Shown piece by piece: positions 41,401 to 48,647 of a stretch of DNA of 64,000 bases. The position numbers were made by a program, and so were the translations under genes. A model generated the notes under the pieces. That model saw only the letters and a program-made list of their open reading frames with translations. It searched no databases and was not told where the DNA came from. Location: positions 58,097-122,096 of the IMG/VR virus record IMGVR_UViG_3300005573_000063; one strand, 5' to 3'. Source of the stretch: a virus. Positions within the stretch are counted from its first letter, which is position 1. Each line of letters starts with the position of its first letter.

Positions 41401-43332
41401 GGTCAAGGTGCTATGAATACGTATGTTCACAATCTGCGTCATGAGAATGGTCAATACAGTATCGAAAAAGGAATGGATGGTGGAATGGGACATGAGAACG
41501 AGATTCTTGCATCTCACGTAGGAAAAGCTATAGGTGCGCCTGTAGGAGAAGTCAAGTCAGTAGATCCAGATCCTAGTTCAATCGGCTCCGTTAAGGATCT
41601 CGTAGCTATTCAAATGCCTAAGCATCCAGGAAGAAGTGGCATATTTCCCGTAAGAAGCAGACATGAGGACGACTATCTCAAAATGGATGGAGCTAAAGAA
41701 CTAGGATTGTTTGATTACCTAATAGATAACATAGATAGAAATGATGGTAATTACTTAGTTCATCCTGAAGAAAATAAAGTCTATGGTATCGACCATGAAT
41801 TAGGGTTTGATGATGGAGATCCACATGGTAGATATGTCTATTCTCCATTTTGGAGGGCATATAATCCAAGTATTCTTGGACACAAGAATCCCCTATCGGC
41901 TCAAATAACTCGACCTTATGTAGAGTCTTTCCGCCAGCCCCTTACCAAACTCTTACCTAAGTTTAAAGAAATGGGAAGAGAAAGATCTCATGAAGTCATG
42001 ATGCAACGATATGAAAATCTCTTAGGTGATATTGATGAACGAGATCAAAATATAGAACGTTTCAATCGTTTACATTCTTCTAACCTTCAAGTTAATACTC
42101 CATTAGAAGATCTGATACATGAAACACACTCATGGCGCAATAATGTATTAGGGCGCAGACTAACCTCTTTCACGAGAAAAAGCATTTTCAAAAGGAAGAA
42201 GCCGGTTAGAGTTATTGCTCGAATTCCTGATTATGAATTACCTAAAAACATACAAATCAATCCTCAAATTCCTAACTCAGGACAACTTGCATTACCAGGG
42301 ATGAGTCCATCATGGTTTGTAGGCCAAGGTGATCGCCAGACATCTCCTGAAACTAAGAGAGAACCTCTTGCAGGTAGAGGGTATGGGACATTTGGCGCAT
42401 ATGTGCATAAGATAAACCATGCTAATGGTGAACAAAGTATTGCCAAAGGTATGCATCAACATCCTGCATATGAGGGAGAAGAAAGTGATTACGCAGGAGT
42501 TAACAGAAGAATAACTAATGAACTATTAGCTTCCCATGTAGGGAAAATAGTAGGTGCTCCTGTGCCTGAAGTTACATTAAGAGATGCTCCAGAGCAATAT
42601 CACAATAAAGGTACAGAAAAAGAACTGTTCATGCCACGCCTATCAGGTGTAACAGGGCGTGGAGATTATTATAATCATTTTGATAAATATTCTGGCATTA
42701 ATTTTTATCTACTTGGTAAAGAACACGCAAAGATGAAGGGTGGAAAAGAACTAGGTGTATTAGACTGGCTACTAGATAATAAAGATAGGCATTCTCAAAA
42801 CTATCTAGTCAATAGAAAACAAAACAGAGTTTATGGAATAGATCATGAATTTGTATTGGGAGATATCGGAAGTAATGCACATAATCCGTTTATAACTCAT
42901 ATACTTGAACATCCTGAAACCATAGACCCAGAATGGTATCGTAGCTTACATGCTCCATTAGCTAAATCTAAGTCTGTCTTTAAGCAATATGGCGCAGGCG
43001 ATAGACATAAAGACTTAATGCGCAACTATAAGTCACTAGGAAAAGAACTAGGTATTAACGGATTAACTAAAACAAGTGCTACTATTCCTCAAGCTCCGAA
43101 TGATAACATAGATCAGGCTCAGTCACTAGAGAAAGACGAAACTAATTCACCCTTAGCTCAAGAATCAGAGCTATATAACCTGGATGGTGAAGTGCACAAC
43201 AAGAGCACACCTGCTCCTCCGAAACCTGCTACACTCAAGGGTCCGAAGATTCCGAAGGCACCTCAGGGCTATCCTAAAGTTAAGATGCCACCTAAGGCAC
43301 CTAAACCCCAGCTCTCGAATTTTCCTACATAA
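35419..43332 (+). CDS. giant polyvalent protein: six-His domain, 3 ADP-ribosyltransferase, ParB-like, 4 HipA/PI3K-like kinase and one unassigned domain
   Basis: LHRG..SW[TS]..[EQ]xE three times; VADGYHR; EILAS..GAP..LxDY[L/I]..N.DRxxxNY..GIDHE four times; start ATG 35419 after AAGGA (ORF open from 35359). Confidence 0.85.
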   Translation: MHSFTRRKRLYPVAANGQKTASNEAILAHMQSKHGMPFETALAWKKGLDNPTKYGYADQARVGGQLLRVHNYQHRHPDSLNGINQPGKVYHEHGALHRSLYNPPSPKKKANTYHQADNHLHPIVEKGILPIQEWDHYQDVAEALAKLPSHARRPPIPSSKTADNVRQWTEGNWSSMRAFMEELHKGNYDQYFPRTDAGLYSLWHHSPSTEKELHRGLRSKKSLNELEQLLDTNPVLHDQFNSWTEDPLVANDFARRRTPAVGTPIIMHLQGPAKTLNISPYSSIVDEKEHIGRGPYQVVSHKRSADNKALHVNVKAAEPVPGIEEDSLPSIYSKKIAGKEYRKGGPNLHRAAVLRNTIRREQRLGGILDTKRPEWRAQKYAPWDVGPTGAFYDNEPITSLPADTSIRQNLIELAHDLNSVHHDYYPHNRKAKNSDDYVWPSSYSPVLDHPEHEKMLHDKYFTGPQSPTMDSTLRKIGLSLQGTDNHKRRHDPYQFTLSNAPRNSPELHRGVASLLHPKTLEERLIPGNMFKDNPRSWSSNERYAQEWTGQPTAHRMNSKIVFHLPSNSQALQVSPISRILGLDFEHQNEWQAGGPYKINSVDHAVNNGHSIYHAQVEQVSPEEFDKWAQQNKWTEPPSFFKALKDERTQDDKKSGEKTDKELQEEKWTEPPDYFKDSVHSQTSTRRGKRHFQRIIASNPSTPDQILASSPHLNDFLDTNDVGNLRDHANALNGSLDDLSLEDHVQSFKDAFPRHPLIHGIKQWTQDNSTPIRKTMEKFHKGNTPLEFDPRADDYDKFPEDSANLYAAWAQAPHNSLELHRGIKSSKSVEELQQILKDHPVLDDSFASWSGDPETSYHFAALPRNAHHLNTPIEFHLPPDSHALYVAPWSSNPEEEEWIAHGPYAVDRSYVTPHSAPDNELDNDYYMDGHQGYLSSHQPFLDWEKQEYPTFDQERAKYLENRPPFNMAIPGLEEDNAIKENRKSHMRSYFDSHLSPEEQEDIENEDRPQALHVHLRHLTPQELALHQKTKLPPAQDIFARKMNREFYRRSATPTQAAKQIPSNEFRKHEISGRPNRGDFPKDNEELQNYVYKILLKHYPASTLQWVKDRDMLWDYDPHVPLKEINMGRRPGGRNPKKVKGIEEAMRGGKKMDPVFLVNVWKDGEPSEKWEVADGYHRTLAYDHAGFKNIHAYTCDIPTQELADKYDSPWKTEMHDKKKNVAHRLEQILARRYAAAHKNMFVPLGTRMTSPEVSRKSFSNDGGLNDYMDTVKHESGEQSIAKGISEQSHLRKRIDNRLSNEILASHVAKVIGAPVPEIGVNPHKQQSRNAEAHELIMPKIPGKTGWDYGFGRGTDHLQGGLELGILDYLIANGDRHGGNYIISPDGKSVTGIDHEYSFFDPTHPAFNQSPFVEDHFDNEYHRAPVDHAWMRSLEQPLQDLKPLFKKYYRASDHTDMMNRYHHLTNQIVFSHPDAGQLPPTTAARKTASSSQFVPLGERETSPVTERTSLADNKGMLNSYVHVLTHANNQQSIEKGMLSQRGMKKEILASRVGQILGTPVGEVKQVPVSSVHLPDSRERRAQDPEVAIRMPKHEGQTALSVPKADRVAHLEYPGGKELGLFDYITNNSDRNGGNYLINPQTNQIHGIDHEFTFMPPEDGGSDFSDYHIKPILNGTGTRSPIDPDLYDSFEEPLKALAPEFSKIQPWAYEKQGEQLHEDMMERYYRLQSALHSLPRHSSSRQVIANMSPKELADLVHKNTVQNGGATMDLEGNTPLQGYSYGPYKDREYKVPTQAFMDNPRAHLEKFFNLNKDKLGIDGHHIGTWIDPETGHTYLDVVKVGEPHRDTIDAAQKAQQLAVYDLAHIDNNDLGTVPVGQFNEEGRYIPLDTPDNIHNQHQRQAAESISGSGNSSPHQVPSPISPGETQAVSSRRSAGKRRFFRPINGQRAFEYDTTRRNYTRRARGAPRIGAEGPQQNPNYFVPSIKSPIVQRKPLLESEGQGAMNTYVHNLRHENGQYSIEKGMDGGMGHENEILASHVGKAIGAPVGEVKSVDPDPSSIGSVKDLVAIQMPKHPGRSGIFPVRSRHEDDYLKMDGAKELGLFDYLIDNIDRNDGNYLVHPEENKVYGIDHELGFDDGDPHGRYVYSPFWRAYNPSILGHKNPLSAQITRPYVESFRQPLTKLLPKFKEMGRERSHEVMMQRYENLLGDIDERDQNIERFNRLHSSNLQVNTPLEDLIHETHSWRNNVLGRRLTSFTRKSIFKRKKPVRVIARIPDYELPKNIQINPQIPNSGQLALPGMSPSWFVGQGDRQTSPETKREPLAGRGYGTFGAYVHKINHANGEQSIAKGMHQHPAYEGEESDYAGVNRRITNELLASHVGKIVGAPVPEVTLRDAPEQYHNKGTEKELFMPRLSGVTGRGDYYNHFDKYSGINFYLLGKEHAKMKGGKELGVLDWLLDNKDRHSQNYLVNRKQNRVYGIDHEFVLGDIGSNAHNPFITHILEHPETIDPEWYRSLHAPLAKSKSVFKQYGAGDRHKDLMRNYKSLGKELGINGLTKTSATIPQAPNDNIDQAQSLEKDETNSPLAQESELYNLDGEVHNKSTPAPPKPATLKGPKIPKAPQGYPKVKMPPKAPKPQLSNFPT

Positions 43333-43341
43333 AGTTGCCCC

Positions 43342-43370
43342 TTGACAAGCTAGAAGAAATGTGGTAAGCT
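43342..43370 (+). promoter_or_regulatory. promoter of His-protein array 2
   Basis: TTGACA-17 nt-TAAGCT with extended TG, then AAGGAGG RBS. Confidence 0.75.
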
Positions 43371-43393
43371 AGTGAGGCGTAAGGAGGAGAACT

Positions 43394-43597
43394 GTGAGCT
43401 TTGAGGGCTTGATTAAACATCTAGAAAAAGAAGATCATGAAACGAGTGGAAATCCTAGGAGGCTGGGATCTTTCCTGAGAGAAAATTTAGAATGGATTTC
43501 TACAGACCCCGATCTTCGTATAATCGGGTATGAGGCTCATATCTACAGTCATCTACAAAATCAGGCTGAGTTAAGCCATAGTCATGGAGAAAAGTAA
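43394..43597 (+). CDS. six-His small protein (array 2)
   Basis: EGLIKHLEKEDH...HIYSH...HSHG. Confidence 0.8.
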   Translation: MSFEGLIKHLEKEDHETSGNPRRLGSFLRENLEWISTDPDLRIIGYEAHIYSHLQNQAELSHSHGEK

Positions 43598-43803
43598 TGA
43601 GTATGAATAGTCTCTTAATTCACTTAAGAGATGAGTGGCATGTCCTTTCTTATCGGGACCGTCAATTAATGATTCATTTATTGCGCACTCCGAGTGATCT
43701 TCTCTTTGTGAGTCAGGATGGGAAAGGTAAGGCGTGGTATACTCGCCATATCTACAGTCATCAACGATATGATTTACTACATACACACGGAGAATCCAAA
43801 TGA
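43597..43803 (+). CDS. six-His small protein (array 2)
   Basis: LLIHLRDEWH...HIYSH...HTHG. Confidence 0.8.
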   Translation: MSMNSLLIHLRDEWHVLSYRDRQLMIHLLRTPSDLLFVSQDGKGKAWYTRHIYSHQRYDLLHTHGESK

Positions 43804-44015
43804 GCATAGAAGGGTTAATAACGCATCTTCAAAAAAAGCACTCTACTATGGGGGATACAGACTACACTTGGATTCTAGAGGCGCTAGAAAGTGGCAAAAA
43901 ATGGAGTAGTCTTGAGTGTGGTAAACAGCTAGGATGGTATGGCTGGCATCGGAGCCTCCATAATGCAAAAATATTTAATCCGCCTCATAGTCATACATCG
44001 GGAGGAGTGAAATGA
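43800..44015 (+). CDS. six-His small protein (array 2)
   Basis: EGLITHLQKKH...HRSLH...HSH. Confidence 0.8.
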   Translation: MSIEGLITHLQKKHSTMGDTDYTWILEALESGKKWSSLECGKQLGWYGWHRSLHNAKIFNPPHSHTSGGVK

Positions 44016-44215
44016 GCATTCTTGGCTTATTAAGGCATGCAGTAAAAGACCATAGCATCTATGCAGGTGGTCCTACACGTAACCTTTTGTCCCGTCTAGA
44101 GGAGGGGGGAGAATGGCGCCCCCTGTATGATGGAGAGCCGGTAGCGTGGTACCACTGGCATACGCAACAACACCGGAACCTTCGGAGATATAACCACACT
44201 CATGGAGGTAAGTAA
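44012..44215 (+). CDS. six-His small protein (array 2)
   Basis: GLLRHAVKDH...HTQQH...HTHG. Confidence 0.8.
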   Translation: MSILGLLRHAVKDHSIYAGGPTRNLLSRLEEGGEWRPLYDGEPVAWYHWHTQQHRNLRRYNHTHGGK

Positions 44216-44451
44216 TGAGTTCTGAGGGCGCAGTGCTTCATCTCGTAACTCACCATTATAATACTAATGAATTGGTAAGATTTAATGGCATATCCTGGAA
44301 TGAATGGATAAAGCAGAACAAAGAAAAGAACCGAGAAAAGAGCACGATGTTACTCCTCCTGAGAATTCACCAGGATTGTCATAGGAAACAAATAGCTCAA
44401 ATTATTCCCCATACTCACGGAGTATCAAATGAGGTTTGGAGTATTAAATGA
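44215..44451 (+). CDS. six-His small protein (array 2)
   Basis: EGAVLHLVTHH...HQDCH...HTHG. Confidence 0.8.
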   Translation: MSSEGAVLHLVTHHYNTNELVRFNGISWNEWIKQNKEKNREKSTMLLLLRIHQDCHRKQIAQIIPHTHGVSNEVWSIK

Positions 44452-44663
44452 GTTTTAAAGGAGCACTCGAACATTGTATAGCGCATCATTACGTTGGCAG
44501 CTACCTCCTTAATGAGAACAACTTGGAAAATTATAGACAGACTATGGGAGAGGACCGAGCTTTTCGAGTGATTAGGGATCGCCACCGGATTTGTCATCTG
44601 GCGCAGATGAGTATGCTTGTCCCACACACACATGGAGTTTTTAAGGAGGGTGAAATAGAGTGA
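44448..44663 (+). CDS. six-His small protein (array 2)
   Basis: GALEHCIAHH...HRICH...HTHG. Confidence 0.8.
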   Translation: MSFKGALEHCIAHHYVGSYLLNENNLENYRQTMGEDRAFRVIRDRHRICHLAQMSMLVPHTHGVFKEGEIE

Positions 44664-44872
44664 GTATTGAGGGTCTACTTCATCATTTACTTCTAAAGGA
44701 CCATCAGGACTTCGCTAATGTTTTAATAGCTCAAGGATTATTGGATGATGAGATGATTGACATCCGCACTGGTGAACATATGGTGGCATGGTATACTTAC
44801 CATAAGAGGCGTCACCTACAGCGCCCACCTATTTGCAATCATTCTCATGAGGCAATTAATGAATGCCATTGA
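44660..44872 (+). CDS. six-His small protein (array 2)
   Basis: EGLLHHLLLKDH...HKRRH...HSH. Confidence 0.8.
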   Translation: MSIEGLLHHLLLKDHQDFANVLIAQGLLDDEMIDIRTGEHMVAWYTYHKRRHLQRPPICNHSHEAINECH

Positions 44873-44884
44873 GGCAATTAATGA

Positions 44885-45103
44885 ATGTCATCCTCCTCTC
44901 TATTCAAACATTATTTAATGTATCACCACTATCCGGATGGTCATTTTCAGAGTGATTTAGAGAAATATGCAATAGAAATGTCTATTGCCTCATGTGAAAT
45001 GAATTTAATGGCAGATAGCGTCTATGAACAATGGGTGAGGGCTCATAGACAAAGTCATATAAAGCAAAATATTGCGTGGGACCATAAGGAAAAGGTGAAA
45101 TAG
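44885..45103 (+). CDS. six-His family small protein (array 2), one terminal His missing
   Basis: LFKHYLMYHH...HRQSH...WDH. Confidence 0.75.
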   Translation: MSSSSLFKHYLMYHHYPDGHFQSDLEKYAIEMSIASCEMNLMADSVYEQWVRAHRQSHIKQNIAWDHKEKVK

Positions 45104-45104
45104 A

Positions 45105-45326
45105 GTGACTATAGAGGGAATAATGCGTCATCTGGGAAGTGAATCTCATAAAGATTCAAAAAATCATCTACGAGCACGCCTACTTCTGGACGAGGAAAGA
45201 ACTAGCTCAAATGCCCTAAAGGCTATAAAAGAGAACAAGAGTTGTAGGATAGACTGGTATAGATGGCATAGAAGAGAACATACTGAATTTGGTTGTACTT
45301 CTCACGATCACGGAGTATACAAATGA
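45105..45326 (+). CDS. six-His small protein (array 2)
   Basis: EGIMRHLGSESH...HRREH...HDHG. Confidence 0.8.
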   Translation: MTIEGIMRHLGSESHKDSKNHLRARLLLDEERTSSNALKAIKENKSCRIDWYRWHRREHTEFGCTSHDHGVYK

Positions 45327-45547
45327 GCACGCAAGGATTATTAGAACATATCCACCACGAGCACTTATTGATATCAGGAAAAGACCAGAATATAATTGAT
45401 ATATTAGACCATTTACGGCAGGGAGATGATTGGGATTGGCGTAAGTGGAGTTCTCCTCAGGAGTGGTACAAGTGGCATATGAGCTTGCACGCTCAACCCG
45501 GTAGCAGGGCTAGAAAGTGTGACCACACTCATGGAGGGATTGTATGA
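45323..45547 (+). CDS. six-His small protein (array 2)
   Basis: QGLLEHIHHEH...HMSLH...HTHG. Confidence 0.8.
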   Translation: MSTQGLLEHIHHEHLLISGKDQNIIDILDHLRQGDDWDWRKWSSPQEWYKWHMSLHAQPGSRARKCDHTHGGIV

Positions 45548-45795
45548 GCATGCAAGGATTGCTTCAACATATTGTGGATGAACACCCATTGGTTATGGAA
45601 GAATTCGGTGAGAATGATGAATCCCTGAAAAGGATTTTAACTAGATTGAAGAGTGGAGCACAGTGGAGCGTTAAACAATGGCAGCCATCTGTTGAGTGGT
45701 ACGAGTGGCACGTAGCTCTTCATCACTACCACCTTCCATCTAGAGAATGTGTTCATACACATGGAGTCTTCTTTGAAGAAAAAATAAATATATGA
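45544..45795 (+). CDS. six-His small protein (array 2)
   Basis: QGLLQHIVDEH...HVALH...HTHG. Confidence 0.8.
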   Translation: MSMQGLLQHIVDEHPLVMEEFGENDESLKRILTRLKSGAQWSVKQWQPSVEWYEWHVALHHYHLPSRECVHTHGVFFEEKINI

Positions 45796-45866
45796 GTACA
45801 ATAGGGTTATTAAAGCATGTAAAGTCTCTCCCCCTCAATCACGATCATGGAGCGTACAAAAAATGA
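45792..45866 (+). pseudogene. internally deleted six-His family member (24 aa)
   Basis: MSTIGLLKHVKSLPLNHDHGAYKK*: keeps N- and C-terminal motifs and ATGA coupling on both sides. Confidence 0.7.
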
Positions 45867-46102
45867 GCTTTAAAGGGTTAATTTCTCATTTAGAGAAGGA
45901 AAAGCATGGAGTTTCGATATACCCTCAGAACCGCAATGATTATCTTACGGTTCGGGTAGCTGATAATGATGTCTGGATAAGAGAGATGGAAAACCCAGCT
46001 CTCGCAGAGGTTCGCAGAAAGTGGTATCGTGAACACATGCATGCACATCAACAGGGGTATGCCATTAATCATTCTCATAATCATTCTCACGGAGAGAAAT
46101 AA
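45863..46102 (+). CDS. six-His small protein (array 2)
   Basis: KGLISHLEKEKH...HMHAH...HSHNHSHG. Confidence 0.8.
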   Translation: MSFKGLISHLEKEKHGVSIYPQNRNDYLTVRVADNDVWIREMENPALAEVRRKWYREHMHAHQQGYAINHSHNHSHGEK

Positions 46103-46317
46103 TGAGTATCGAGGGATTATTACAACATATAGGCAGCGACGCTCATAATGGGTCTTCTGATACGGTAACCGCTCGTAATATTCTTGCCTCTCCCTATCTT
46201 CTTAACATTGTAAGGGGGGATCCTCTCCTAAGTAGCTGGTATAGTTATCATTCGAAGCTTCATCGTGCAGGTTCCAAGCCGATTCCTAACCACACTCATA
46301 TAGGAAAAGTGAAATGA
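46102..46317 (+). CDS. six-His small protein (array 2)
   Basis: EGLLQHIGSDAH...HSKLH...HTH. Confidence 0.8.
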   Translation: MSIEGLLQHIGSDAHNGSSDTVTARNILASPYLLNIVRGDPLLSSWYSYHSKLHRAGSKPIPNHTHIGKVK

Positions 46318-46523
46318 CTCTAAAAGCACTACTTTCCCATATAGGAAGTGAGGCGCATAAAGAGTCTTTTGCCTGCGATCACGCTCGTGATATCTTACAT
46401 GATCTATTGAGAGTTGTCGAATGCAATAGAAGTGCAAGACTTGGGTGGTATCGGCATCATACAGAGCTGCATAATTCGACATATCATGTGCCTAATCATA
46501 GTCATGGGAAAGGAACCAAATGA
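46314..46523 (+). CDS. six-His small protein (array 2)
   Basis: LLSHIGSEAH...HTELH...HSHG. Confidence 0.8.
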   Translation: MTLKALLSHIGSEAHKESFACDHARDILHDLLRVVECNRSARLGWYRHHTELHNSTYHVPNHSHGKGTK

Positions 46524-46723
46524 GTGCAATAGGAATGATGCGACATGTAGCTAGTGAGAAACATTCGCAGTCCAGAGACAATAAATATGCTAAACGCATC
46601 CTACAAACCACGCTGACTATAGAAAAAATAACAAATGATAGTAGGTACACAAGAATGTGGTTGAGGGCTCATATGGCTGAGCATATGCGCCTTGGTATCC
46701 CCTTTAGTCACGAAGGAAGTTGA
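46520..46723 (+). CDS. six-His family small protein (array 2), FSH end
   Basis: GMMRHVASEKH...HMAEH...FSH. Confidence 0.78.
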   Translation: MSAIGMMRHVASEKHSQSRDNKYAKRILQTTLTIEKITNDSRYTRMWLRAHMAEHMRLGIPFSHEGS

Positions 46724-46724
46724 C

Positions 46725-46937
46725 ATGAGTGTAGAGGGATTACTTCGGCATTTTAGCAGTTATTCACATAGAGGGCATCCAAATTGCGCAAAAAGTAAGG
46801 AAATCCTAGAAGAAGTAAGTAAGGTCCGAATTCACAAAATTGAAGCTACCGATTCACTTTCATATGAATGGATTAGGGCACATATCCAAGCACATAAAGA
46901 GGGCAATATTCCCTTCACGCATGAAAAGGATGCTTAG
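46725..46937 (+). CDS. six-His family small protein (array 2), FTH end
   Basis: EGLLRHFSSYSH...HIQAH...FTH. Confidence 0.78.
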   Translation: MSVEGLLRHFSSYSHRGHPNCAKSKEILEEVSKVRIHKIEATDSLSYEWIRAHIQAHKEGNIPFTHEKDA

Positions 46938-47173
46938 TGAGTATAGAGGCAGCCCTAAATCATTGTGTGACATATCATTATTTTGATTTTCGTGGAAAAG
47001 AGAGATTCGATAAGTCCGCTTGGGAAGTATATAGGGGGAAGGCTGGAGATAAACAAACTCATTCTTTGTTAATCCATCTGCATAGATATAGGCATGAGAA
47101 GGAGTGCCCTCAACTCATCAATCATACTCATAATGTATTCCCGGACATTGAAAAAGAAAGACCACGTAAATGA
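46937..47173 (+). CDS. six-His small protein (array 2)
   Basis: ALNHCVTYH...HRYRH...HTH. Confidence 0.8.
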   Translation: MSIEAALNHCVTYHYFDFRGKERFDKSAWEVYRGKAGDKQTHSLLIHLHRYRHEKECPQLINHTHNVFPDIEKERPRK

Positions 47174-47424
47174 GCTTAAAAGGACTACTTACTCATCTTA
47201 TAGAGGTTCCACACTATAATTCCCATCTGTCGGACTTAGATGTAATGGTTAAGGATCTCCTGGCTAATCCAGAGCGTATAGAAAGAATAGAGAAGGCTAG
47301 CCACCTACGTGGCTCTCCGTGGTATTCAGTACATCGTTCATCACATAAGGAAAGTCATTGTTCAATCATCTCCCATACTCATCCCGGCTTAGTAGTGAAG
47401 AGTCCATTTGACAGCGGTGTGTAA
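47170..47424 (+). CDS. six-His small protein (array 2)
   Basis: KGLLTHLIEVPH...HRSSH...HTHP. Confidence 0.8.
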   Translation: MSLKGLLTHLIEVPHYNSHLSDLDVMVKDLLANPERIERIEKASHLRGSPWYSVHRSSHKESHCSIISHTHPGLVVKSPFDSGV

Positions 47425-47436
47425 AAGCGCTATACT
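47408..47436 (+). promoter_or_regulatory. internal promoter in array 2
   Basis: TTGACA-17 nt-TATACT. Confidence 0.7.
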
Positions 47437-47490
47437 AAGAAGTGGCAAATAAACAGACAGCAAGACCCTATAATACAAAGGAATAATAAA

Positions 47491-47622
47491 ATGGCAGATA
47501 GCCCGAAAACCAACAAAGATAAGCGCAATAGTGAATCCGAGCTGATTAACGTGCTTGGTATTGTATATGACCATGGGCGTAAGACAGAGCTAGCAGATGA
47601 GGATGAAGGAGAGAAGAAGTAA
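47491..47622 (+). CDS. small charged hypothetical protein (43 aa)
   Basis: MADSPKTNKDKRNSESELINVLGIVYDHGRKTELADEDEGEKK*; AAGGA RBS. Confidence 0.5.
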   Translation: MADSPKTNKDKRNSESELINVLGIVYDHGRKTELADEDEGEKK

Positions 47623-47626
47623 GTCT

Positions 47627-47830
47627 ATGTCAACAATAGGATTAATGAGGCATATGGCGAAGGAACACTCAGAGAGTACTCTTGGAAAGTCAGCTAAATT
47701 CTGGGCAAAGAGTGAACAACCCCCTGATGAGCTAGAGGTTTTTTTAAGAAAAACTAAACGTTATAGTCAGTACATGAAGCAACACAGACGGCTGCATGTT
47801 CAAAAGGGGGTTACTCATTCTCATCCTTAG
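47627..47830 (+). CDS. six-His small protein (array 2)
   Basis: IGLMRHMAKEH...HRRLH...HSHP. Confidence 0.8.
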   Translation: MSTIGLMRHMAKEHSESTLGKSAKFWAKSEQPPDELEVFLRKTKRYSQYMKQHRRLHVQKGVTHSHP

Positions 47831-47848
47831 AAAGAAAGAGAGCTAGTA

Positions 47849-48049
47849 ATGAGTTATATCAGTTTATTGAAGCATCTTGAGACTTATCATCATTACTATT
47901 TTTCACGGTGGGAATATGAGGAGGGGGAGGAGCAGTCAAGGGGTCTTTTTAGATATAGATATCATACGGAAGAACATGGTCAGAATCCTTCACAGACTTT
48001 CTTTTTATCACCTATTCCTCACGACCATGGAAAGAGGCTTTGCGAATGA
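47849..48049 (+). CDS. six-His small protein (array 2)
   Basis: LLKHLETYH...HTEEH...HDHG. Confidence 0.8.
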   Translation: MSYISLLKHLETYHHYYFSRWEYEEGEEQSRGLFRYRYHTEEHGQNPSQTFFLSPIPHDHGKRLCE

Positions 48050-48243
48050 GCCTAAGGGGAGCTTTTCGTCATTGTATGAAAGATCATTTATTCAATGAAA
48101 TAAGTTGGAATTCTCACCTAATGAGGCATGGAGAAAGAAAAACACACGAGAATCTTATTGTGTCCCATAGTAATCATCATGCGATATGGAATGGGAGGGA
48201 GAGGAAGTTAAATCATACTCATCAAAAGGAGCAAACTAAGTGA
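48046..48243 (+). CDS. six-His small protein (array 2)
   Basis: GAFRHCMKDH...HSNHH...HTH. Confidence 0.8.
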   Translation: MSLRGAFRHCMKDHLFNEISWNSHLMRHGERKTHENLIVSHSNHHAIWNGRERKLNHTHQKEQTK

Positions 48244-48455
48244 GTATAGAAACCTTAAAAGACCATCTATGGGCGTATCATGCTCGAATGGGAAGAGATG
48301 ATCGCTCTAGTTTTACTCCGGACAGAGAGAGCCATGCCTTCCTTATAAAAATGCATAGTCTGCGTCATACAAACCGGATGTTTTCCAACAGGGTTGGTAC
48401 CAAACCTTATATTGTTGACCCCATTCACGACCATGGAAAGAGGGAGTGGAAATGA
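48240..48455 (+). CDS. six-His small protein (array 2)
   Basis: LKDHLWAYH...HSLRH...HDHG. Confidence 0.8.
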   Translation: MSIETLKDHLWAYHARMGRDDRSSFTPDRESHAFLIKMHSLRHTNRMFSNRVGTKPYIVDPIHDHGKREWK

Positions 48456-48646
48456 GTATTGAAGGGGCCTTAAAGCACTGCATTAGTCGTCATGGATTCT
48501 CTGATAAAGCTTGGCGTGGTCAATGGGAAAGAGATGGAGACAAAAAGTTTTTTCTTTCTGTCATCAAACTTCACCTTAAAGATCATCAAGAAGTAGTTAC
48601 AGTGAACGAGCCTCATACTCACGGAATCTTTAGAAAAGAGATGTAG
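48452..48646 (+). CDS. six-His small protein (array 2)
   Basis: EGALKHCISRH...HLKDH...HTHG. Confidence 0.8.
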   Translation: MSIEGALKHCISRHGFSDKAWRGQWERDGDKKFFLSVIKLHLKDHQEVVTVNEPHTHGIFRKEM

Positions 48647-48647
48647 G

